Made by a program: the position numbers and the translations under genes. The notes under the pieces are model-generated. The model saw only the letters and a list, made by a program, of their open reading frames with translations. It had not been told where the DNA came from and searched no databases. Below, piece by piece: positions 44,705 through 52,473 of a stretch of 57,185 bases of DNA (the stretch's first letter is position 1; each line of letters opens with the position of its first letter). The stretch lies in sequence record SRR22947725_330; one strand, written 5' to 3'.

Positions 44705-45178
44705 TTATGCAAAAACGGTTCGCCCAATCCATTCCGCGACGAGCGCTGGTTTCTCAACGTCCTCAATTTGAACGGTCATTGCCCGGGTCTGGTCGACGGC
44801 GTTTCCTTTTAGCTGCACGTCAACAGTTGCTGCGGTGGCGCGTACCCGCGAGCCCGATGGCACAGGGTTGACGAAACGAACCTTGTTCATCCCGTAGTTG
44901 ACACCCATCAGTACTCCGTTGAAGGGGAGAAGGTCGCTTGGAATGCTGGTCGACAGGTGAACCAGCAGACTAAGCGTGAGGAAGCCGTGCGCGATCGTGC
45001 CGCCGAACGGTGTCTCTGCGGCTCGTTCCGGGTCGAGGTGGATGAATTGGTGGTCAAGCGTTGCGTCGGCAAAGGCTTGAATGCGGTCCTGGTCGACCTG
45101 GAACCAGTCGCCGGCGACTGGATCGTTCCCAATCAATTGGTGGATGGCGTCGTAGGCAGCTTGGGCGTTTTCGCTCAT
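44705..45178 (-). CDS. MaoC family dehydratase
   Basis: FADATLDHQFIHLDPE, IAHGFLTL, NYGMNKVRF. Confidence 0.9.
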   Translation of the reverse strand: MSENAQAAYDAIHQLIGNDPVAGDWFQVDQDRIQAFADATLDHQFIHLDPERAAETPFGGTIAHGFLTLSLLVHLSTSIPSDLLPFNGVLMGVNYGMNKVRFVNPVPSGSRVRATAATVDVQLKGNAVDQTRAMTVQIEDVEKPALVAEWIGRTVFA

Positions 45179-45483
45179 AATAGTTTCCGTTCGTGTGATG
45201 TATCGGTGTGGGGTTGTTCAGTGTGACCGTTGCGGTTGCTGCGACGCTAGTGATCGCGCGCTGAATGCTTGCACCTCGGGCGGTGGTAGCAGCCAGACGA
45301 CGATTGGAAGTTTGTCGACGTAAGTCGGTCGGGTGGCGCTCGTGGTTGCGCAACGAACCGTCAGCGGTCGGCTCTAGAGATCACGCTTGAACCGTTGAGA
45401 TATCTGTCGGGTCATGTCGCAGATGTCATCGCCGTCGTGGCCGAAGCAGCCGTCCGCGTGCCTTCGTAGGCGGCGTAGGAAGC

Positions 45484-45936
45484 TCAGGTCTGACCGGTAG
45501 CGGCAGCCGTGGCTGCAGCGAGCACTTCCTTGGCCGAGAGGCCCAATGCATCGGCTGCGGCAACAACATCGTCCCACTCGACGCTTCGGTTCACCGGCTG
45601 GCCGTCGAGGAACGCCGTCTTGACTCCGACGGTTGCGCTATCAACGGCGACGTGGCTGCTGGTGCGCTGCAGAACAAATTTCTGTAGTGCCGTCTCACGG
45701 AGACCGATGGTTGAGGTCTCTAGGAAGATCACCCGTCGCACCGCTTCGGCGTCAGCGGTGGAGCACATGGCGCTCAGCGTGAAAGCAGGCCGACCCTTTT
45801 TCATGACGATGGGAGTGACCCATGCGTCGTGGGCGCCGGCTGCGAGCAGTTTGTGGATGACGTGAGGCCACACTCTGGGGTCGAGGTCATCGATATTGGC
45901 GTCGTATTGAAACGCCGGCTCGACAGGTGTCTCCAC
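45484..45936 (-). CDS. Stand-alone LarC (DUF111) C-terminal domain
   Basis: ANIDDLDP, GAHDAWVTPIVMKKGRP, ETSTIGLR, EWDDV; no N-terminal domain. Confidence 0.75.
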   Translation of the reverse strand: METPVEPAFQYDANIDDLDPRVWPHVIHKLLAAGAHDAWVTPIVMKKGRPAFTLSAMCSTADAEAVRRVIFLETSTIGLRETALQKFVLQRTSSHVAVDSATVGVKTAFLDGQPVNRSVEWDDVVAAADALGLSAKEVLAAATAAATGQT

Positions 45937-46307
45937 GTTCTTGACGTTACCCGCAATTCCCGGCAAGCCTGAGAGTCAGACACTGAGTCGATTGGTTCTG
46001 GCCATCTTGGTTCTGGTGGTGATATTTCGACGCATGGCTGGACTGTGGCTAACGGGATTGAATTGGCGTGCCGATTCGACTGTCTGTGAGTAGCGCTCGG
46101 AGCATCCGTTGGCGGTGCTCAGGAATTCGGGCACGGATCGATTTGACGTGATTTGCCAAAGCGGGCGGATCCACTGGCCAATGAATTTTGGCCCCGATCT
46201 GCGCCATCGTTACTTGGTGGCCGGCACCAGCTTGGGCTGACCGCCTAGGACAGGCCAGATAGTCAGTGAGAGCGCGATGCGGCAGGGTCGTGGACTACGG
46301 TTCGGGC

Positions 46308-46970
46308 ATGGCTGCTGCGCAACTCGATTTGATGCCGGGCGAGCACATGGTGCTCTCAGGAAACCCACACTGGTGGTATTTTTGGAAGCAAGTAGCAGCC
46401 GCTGTCGGTGTGCTCGCATTGCTGTTTCTGCTGCTCAGCGTCGATAAGGACTGGGTGTCGACGGGGATCAAATGGGTCGCGGCGCTGGCGTTTGTTGTGT
46501 GGCTGGCGAACACGATCTATGCGCTTGTGCAATGGCGTACGACACGTTTCGCAGTGACAGACCAGCGTGTCGCCTACCAAAGCGGGATCGTTCGCCGTTC
46601 AGGTGTCTCGATTCCTCTCAACCGGATCAACAACGTCAACTTCGAACAGTCACTGATCGCCCGCATGCTCAACAACGGCGTCGTGACCATTGAGTCCGCC
46701 GGCGAAACGGGCGACTCGGTGTTCGAAAACATCCCTGGTCCAGAGAAGGTTCGCACGGTCATCTTCGGCCAGATGCAGGCCGACGAGCAGGCCGACTCGC
46801 ATCGCGACGCCGCAGCGATCCGCGATGCTCTCCAGGGGCAGCCACTCAGTGGCTCGTCGGGCCCAACAGCTCAGTCGCGCCTTGATGAGCTTGAAGAACT
46901 GCAGCGCCGCGGCCTGGTCTCTGATGAGGAATTTGAGATCAAGCGCCGTCAAATCGTCGAAGATCTCTGA
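46308..46970 (+). CDS. Bacterial PH (bPH_2) domain membrane protein with C-terminal SHOCT
   Basis: PHWWYF, 2 TM, AVTDQRV..SGIV..IPLNRINNV, LEELQRRGLVSDEEFEIKRRQI. Confidence 0.85.
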   Translation: MAAAQLDLMPGEHMVLSGNPHWWYFWKQVAAAVGVLALLFLLLSVDKDWVSTGIKWVAALAFVVWLANTIYALVQWRTTRFAVTDQRVAYQSGIVRRSGVSIPLNRINNVNFEQSLIARMLNNGVVTIESAGETGDSVFENIPGPEKVRTVIFGQMQADEQADSHRDAAAIRDALQGQPLSGSSGPTAQSRLDELEELQRRGLVSDEEFEIKRRQIVEDL

Positions 46971-46971
46971 T

Positions 46972-46990
46972 CCGGCCCGAACCGGGCCGG
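46972..46990. terminator. GC hairpin between convergent genes
   Basis: CCGGCCCG-AAC-CGGGCCGG. Confidence 0.5.
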
Positions 46991-46996
46991 TTGGTG

Positions 46997-47297
46997 TCAG
47001 CCGTGGCGACGTTCGGTGACATCCTTGCGATGCTCCCGCCGAATCTGAGTGGCCAGCCTTGTCGACAGCGGCCATCGAGCTCTAGTCCGTATCGGAGGCG
47101 TCGAAGCGGTGTCCCGATCCCCACACCTGGGCGTGGACCTTGGTCTGCTCATCGGGTCCGCCCTCCCATGAGATGGTGACATGTCCGTTCTGTAGCGAGT
47201 CCATGTGCTCGTCGAGCCCGCCAATCTTCGCAGGAATTTCGTCTTTGAGCTCGTCGTTCAGCTCGTAGCCCTGGCCGTCAATCTTGAGGTCGATCAT
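46997..47297 (-). pseudogene. Disrupted short HPF/RaiA ribosome hibernation factor
   Basis: RBS GAGAGGA; MIDLKIDGQGYELNDELKDEIPAKIGGL; in-frame TAG 47082-47084; SSMAAVDKA continues in frame; TQIRREHRK tail in another frame. Confidence 0.65.
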
Positions 47298-47387
47298 CTG
47301 GTCCTCTCATGATTTCGACGCACGATTGCGGCACCCCTCTCGACATCAATTGTAGCGGCCGAATGGGCCGCTATCGGGTGACAGCTT

Positions 47388-48044
47388 TCAGTGTCGGGTC
47401 AACGTCACGTAGCGGATTCCGATGGCGCTGCCGAACTCGGGATGCAGGGGCAGATAGGGCTCCGGAGGCGAGATCGCGACGTCGCAGACACCCTCGTCGC
47501 CCAGGTCCCTCAGCAGCTGGGCAAAGTGTCGCTCGTCCCACAGATCGGTGCGCTGCGTGAACACGACCGGCCCACCGACCTGGACGATCCGAAGCAGTTC
47601 TCGGATCGTGGCCCCGGAATCGGTGAGGTAGGAAAACACGCCGATGCTCGCGACGGCACGAAACGCGCCGTCGGCGAAGTGGAGTGGACGGTTCAGGTCG
47701 AGGTGGATGACGTCGCTGTAGATCCCTTGCGATCGTGCCGTCTCGACCGACGCTGCTGAAAAGTCACCTCCGATGATCGGAAAAAGCCCACGTCGCTGCA
47801 GCTCTGCGCCGACAAGCCCCGAGCCGCACCCGGCGTCGAGCACGGGGGCAGCAGAGGTCGATGTTGAGATCAATTTCGACATCATCTCGGCCGCGCGAGC
47901 TGGAGCGCGGTACCCCCAGGCTGCAAGGTCGGCGTCATAGCGGGTGACGACCCAGTCGTCGTAGAGGGCGGCTACATCGGCCGGCGCCGCATCGAACTGA
48001 GCCGCAAGCCCCTCGCCTGCCTCGCCCAATGTGTCGTCGGCCAT
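47388..48044 (-). CDS. Class I SAM-dependent methyltransferase
   Basis: LYDDW...GYRAP, VLDAGCGSGLVG, GDFS. Confidence 0.87.
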   Translation of the reverse strand: MADDTLGEAGEGLAAQFDAAPADVAALYDDWVVTRYDADLAAWGYRAPARAAEMMSKLISTSTSAAPVLDAGCGSGLVGAELQRRGLFPIIGGDFSAASVETARSQGIYSDVIHLDLNRPLHFADGAFRAVASIGVFSYLTDSGATIRELLRIVQVGGPVVFTQRTDLWDERHFAQLLRDLGDEGVCDVAISPPEPYLPLHPEFGSAIGIRYVTLTRH

Positions 48045-48174
48045 TTCAGAAACCTACGTGATTCAAGCGATCGCCGCCACAGCTCCGACCGCAATCTACG
48101 GGGGAGTGGGGCGCTGCTCTGGTTGTTCTCTGGTCCAGTCGGCGGCGGCCCAGGCGCCCACGCCGTCGGAACGT

Positions 48175-49563
48175 CTACATGAACTTGCGGATGATCTTCT
48201 GCTTGGTGGCGGTGTAGGGCGGGTACATCAGTGCGGGGTCAGGCCGAGTGGGCTTACCAAGTACTGCCTTGAAGTGGCTGAAGGTGTCGAATCCGGACTT
48301 GCCGTGGTACGAGCCGGTGCCGCTCTCGCCAACACCGCCGAATGGTAGGTCAGGGACGGCGAGGTGGAGCACCGCATGGTTTAGGGTGACGCCGCCAGCC
48401 GAGGTGTTGGCCACGACGTGTTCGAGCGTGTCGTCGTCGTTGCTGAAGGCGTAGAGGGCTAGGGGTTTCTCGCGGTCGTTCACGAAGCGAATGGCCTCGC
48501 CGACATCGCCGACGGTGAGGACCGGCAGGATCGGTCCGAAGATCTCGTCGGCCATGACGGCTGCATCAGGCTTGACCCCGGCAAGTACCGTCGGTGCAAG
48601 GTACCGACTCCCACGATCGCCGGTACCACCGAACACGGTGGCGTCGAACCCTCCGTCGCTGAGCAGCTTCATCAACCGGTCGTGGTGTCGTTCGTTGACG
48701 ATGCGGGCGTAGTCCTCGGACTGTTGAGGATCATCGCCATAGAAAGTGGTGACGGCTTCGGCGAGCGCCTCCAGGAGTTGGTCTTTGGCCGCTTCTTCGA
48801 CCAGCACGTAGTCAGGCGCCACACAGGTCTGGCCGGCGTTGAGGAACTTCGCCCACGCAATCCGCTTGGCCGCAATGTCAATGTTGGCATCGGCGGCGAC
48901 GATCGCCGGGCTTTTGCCTCCCAACTCGAGGGTGACTGGGGTCAGGTGTTCTGCCGCTGCACGCATGACGACCCGGCCAACCTGACCATTGCCGGTGTAG
49001 AAGATGTGATCGAACCGCTCTTCGAGCAGCGCTGTTGTCACCTCCACTGCGCCGTTGACCACAGCCACCGTTGAGCTGTCGAAGTACCTTGGCACGAGTT
49101 CCTCGACGAGCGCGGCCACCGATGGGGTGACCTCGGACGGCTTCAACACCGCGGTGTTGCCGGCCGCCAGCGCTGGGACGAGCGGAGCGAACAACAGCTG
49201 AACCGGATAGTTCCATGGAGCGATGATGCAGACGGTTCCAAGTGGTTCGGGTTGCAGTCTGGCCTTGCCGGGCTTGAACGTGATCGGGACTTTCACCTTC
49301 TCGGCCTTGGTCCACGCATTGAGGTGTTTCAGCGTGTGGTCGATCTCGTTGATCGTGAACGCGATCTCGGTGGTGTACGCCTCGATACGAGGCTTGCCAA
49401 CGTCGGCGACCAAGGCATCGATCAGGCGATCCTCCTGCTCGACGAACAAGTCACGCAGGCGACGGAGATGAGTCCGACGCGACTCGACATCGCTAAGCAC
49501 GCCCGTTCGAAAGCCGGCCCGGAGTTCCCCAACGGTCTCGGGAATGTGGTCCACGGAAGTCAT
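48175..49563 (-). CDS. Aldehyde dehydrogenase (ALDH3-like)
   Basis: PWNYP, KPSE, LELGGKSP, NAGQTCVAPDY, EIFGP, PFGGVGESG. Confidence 0.93.
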   Translation of the reverse strand: MTSVDHIPETVGELRAGFRTGVLSDVESRRTHLRRLRDLFVEQEDRLIDALVADVGKPRIEAYTTEIAFTINEIDHTLKHLNAWTKAEKVKVPITFKPGKARLQPEPLGTVCIIAPWNYPVQLLFAPLVPALAAGNTAVLKPSEVTPSVAALVEELVPRYFDSSTVAVVNGAVEVTTALLEERFDHIFYTGNGQVGRVVMRAAAEHLTPVTLELGGKSPAIVAADANIDIAAKRIAWAKFLNAGQTCVAPDYVLVEEAAKDQLLEALAEAVTTFYGDDPQQSEDYARIVNERHHDRLMKLLSDGGFDATVFGGTGDRGSRYLAPTVLAGVKPDAAVMADEIFGPILPVLTVGDVGEAIRFVNDREKPLALYAFSNDDDTLEHVVANTSAGGVTLNHAVLHLAVPDLPFGGVGESGTGSYHGKSGFDTFSHFKAVLGKPTRPDPALMYPPYTATKQKIIRKFM

Positions 49564-49715
49564 CGCGCCAGGCTAATTCGTGAAATCGGCTGATGTGCGG
49601 GGTCGTGATTGTGGTCGCGGTGAGCGAATCGGATGTGCTGAGTCTCGTCGCCGCACAGCTCGATGGGCACCTAGATGACGCTCGGTCAGATTGCAGCAAC
49701 GTGACTCGGCGGCGG

Positions 49716-50648
49716 TCAACGTGTCCGATGAAACGCGGCAAGCACGCCGCCGAGCCAATCGATCGAATCGCGAGTGATCGGATCGACGCACAATTGAATG
49801 TGTGCGGCGCCGGCGGCTTCGAACCCACGGAGCTGGTCGGCCAATTCGTCCGGCGATCCGGCGAGTGGTTCGATGACGGCGTCACCGACGTAGTCACCCA
49901 TGAGCCGACCGGTGCCACCTTCGAGGCGGACATGTACTGCAGCTGTTGCCTCGACATCGGTGGCAGATCGACCAGCAGCTCGAATCAGCTGATCAACCCG
50001 AGACTTTTCGCGGGCGAAGCCTGCCGCGGTGTTGCCGTACTGGCTCCACCACATGTTCCAGGAATCGACGTACGGAAGCGTGATGTCGAGCATTCGATCC
50101 CCGATCGATCCGATCATCAGCGGCGGTCCACCGGGCCGAGGTGATCTCGGGTGCAGCACACATTGGTCAGCGTCGTAGAAATTGCCGTGATAGTCGATCT
50201 CGCCGTCGGTGAGCAATGTCCTGATGATCGTGAACGCTTCCTCGAATCGGCTGACGCGCTTGTCGTAGGCGAAACCGAAAGCGTCGTACTCGCGTTGGTT
50301 CCAACCTGCGCCGAGACCGACGATGAGACGCCCCTGTGAGATGGCGTCAACCGTTGCAGCTTGCTTGGCGAGCATCGCCGGTGCGTGAAAACTCGTCGAG
50401 GCGACCAGCGGGCCGAGTTCGATCGTCGTCGTTGCCTGAGCAATGGCAGCAAGGCTGGTCCAGGCTTCCCACGGCCCGCGCGCCCCCACTGCGAGGTCGT
50501 AGATGAGGTGATCGCCGTACCACACGGAATCGAAGCCAACTCGTTCTGCTACCTGCGCCATCTCGATCAGCTCGGGGAATGGAACTTCCCACTCCACTTC
50601 CGGGAGCTGCACACCGATTTTCATTCGCGGTATCGACTTCGAAGCCAT
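49716..50648 (-). CDS. LLM class flavin/F420-dependent oxidoreductase
   Basis: GFDSVWYGDH, LAKQAATVDAISQGRLIVGLGAGWN. Confidence 0.88.
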   Translation of the reverse strand: MASKSIPRMKIGVQLPEVEWEVPFPELIEMAQVAERVGFDSVWYGDHLIYDLAVGARGPWEAWTSLAAIAQATTTIELGPLVASTSFHAPAMLAKQAATVDAISQGRLIVGLGAGWNQREYDAFGFAYDKRVSRFEEAFTIIRTLLTDGEIDYHGNFYDADQCVLHPRSPRPGGPPLMIGSIGDRMLDITLPYVDSWNMWWSQYGNTAAGFAREKSRVDQLIRAAGRSATDVEATAAVHVRLEGGTGRLMGDYVGDAVIEPLAGSPDELADQLRGFEAAGAAHIQLCVDPITRDSIDWLGGVLAAFHRTR

Positions 50649-51924
50649 CGCGAGCACCGTAGCCACGTTGACGTCAGGCTGTTCGGTGTGACTTCTTGGC
50701 TTGGACTGGTACAGATAGCGGCCGGGGAGGGGATGCGGCGGGCACGCGCTCGCTGTATCGAGCGCTCATGATGGGCAAGTGACCACTTCGCCGGGCAATC
50801 CGTTTGGGTGCGACCTTCAGGGGCGTACCGCTTGGCCGGGATCGAACCACGTTCGCTGCAACGCTCGGAGGTGGTGGCGCTCGTGAGCGTTGACTGGGAG
50901 CGATCCCTCGGCTGGTTACGCGCGATGAGTTTCCTCGAGGTGAGGCCCGGCGAGATTACGTTCCATGACTGAGGGCATCCCTTGGGTGTTGCGACTACTG
51001 GTCGGCTTCTTGGACGAACGCGTTGAAGTCGAAGGGTTCACATCGATGGTCGCCGCATTGCTTCATGGCCGCTCGCCGGCCCAAGAGTCATCAACAGCAG
51101 TCGCTCCGGCCCAACGCACCCTCGCCTCGACTTCAGGGCCGGTTCGACCGTTCTTGACCTACGTTTGACCCAGGAATTTGGCTGCTATTCCGTGTCCACG
51201 CTGGGCTTTCGTCATCGTGAACCGATCGTAGGTCATAGGTCGGCCGGGAAATCGGAGACGTACAGGGGAAGAATAGCGTGAGAGTTCGACAGAGACGCTT
51301 GAGACTTTTTACTCTCTGCCGTAAACGAACGAAACGATTTGCCCTCGTTTTGGTCGACGACCCCCACCTATTTGGACAACACCAGCCCAACCTATGCAAT
51401 TTCTGCTTCTTCGTGGCACGGATCGTAGGTGAGCCACTAGCGGCAGCCTCGAGCGTCGGGGATGATGGTCGGGGCGCTGATGTAGCTCGACAAGAAGGCC
51501 TTGGGCTAGGGATTGACCGTCGTCCGCGATGGACCGAGTGGCGTGGAGGTTGGCTCGGGTGGAAAGGAGCAACTCGCACTACGCGCGACCCATCGCATCC
51601 TCAGGAGAACTCGGCTGCCAGACGTGTGTTAGCGCACAGTCTTAAGGAGGGCGTCAGGCAGTCGTCGCGGGAGCTTAGAAACGACGAGCTGGAACCGCTG
51701 TGGGTGGTGCTTCGTTCACAGTTGGCCTTGCGCCACGGTCTCGCTATGAATATGCTGCTAAAATCCATATCTCCGATGCGTTTTGCTCATTCGGTTGAGA
51801 TAACACACTCTCGGCGAACTGTGACATCCATAATGTTAGGTTATGAGAGTCGTCACTGCAGAAGAGCATCGAGGGTCCGAAGAGGGGCGATGCAAGGTGT
51901 CCCGAATGCAGAAAGATGGTTGGA

Positions 51925-52473
51925 ATGAAGGGTTTAGTCTTTAATGTTGCTGAGGAAGTCGTAACCGACAACTACGGCGCAGATGTTTGGGACTCCCTGC
52001 TTGATTCCGCCAACGTTGACGGCGCCTATACATCACTTGGGAACTATGACGACGAAGAGATTCTGGCGATTGTCACTGCTGCGGCGTCCCTCCTAGAAGA
52101 AACTGTCGACGAAACGTGGCGAATTCTGGGCCGAAAAATGCTCCCCCTTTTTGCGTCTCGTATTGAGGAAACGATAGCTGAATTCGATGGAGCTGAGTCA
52201 CTCTTGAGAGCGGTTAACAGTATAATCCATCCCAATGTGAAGGTGCTCTACCCGGACGCTGCTCCACCAATTTTTGAATTTAAAGACACCGATTCCGGAC
52301 TTCTCGTTCGTTATATATCGGCTCGAGGTCTTGCCGCCCTGGCCGAGGGACTGATAATCGGTTGCGGCGATTTCTACAATGAAGTAGTCGATCTGGAAAG
52401 GCTTGACCCTGACAGTCCGAACGACTGTCGCTTCATCGTTTCATTTCCGAAGGCTCGGCATTATTCGACATGA
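51925..52473 (+). CDS. Heme NO-binding (H-NOX/HNOB) protein
   Basis: MKGLVF start, GAYTSLGNYDDEE, IHPNVKVLYPDAAPP (proximal His and Pro), YISAR (YxSxR), GLI. Confidence 0.92.
   Translation: MKGLVFNVAEEVVTDNYGADVWDSLLDSANVDGAYTSLGNYDDEEILAIVTAAASLLEETVDETWRILGRKMLPLFASRIEETIAEFDGAESLLRAVNSIIHPNVKVLYPDAAPPIFEFKDTDSGLLVRYISARGLAALAEGLIIGCGDFYNEVVDLERLDPDSPNDCRFIVSFPKARHYST

Noticed and set aside
50820-50852. GGTTCGATCCC on the minus strand, like a tRNA T-loop or att site
   Set aside because: The T-stem does not pair and no cloverleaf or CCA end can be built.
50770-51920. Possible c-di-GMP riboswitch upstream of the GGDEF-EAL operon
   Set aside because: No GGCAAAC...GAAA...GACGCAAAG pattern seen.
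51278-51928. 216-aa plus-strand ORF upstream of H-NOX
   Set aside because: Arg-rich, no motifs, atypical codons; probably spurious.
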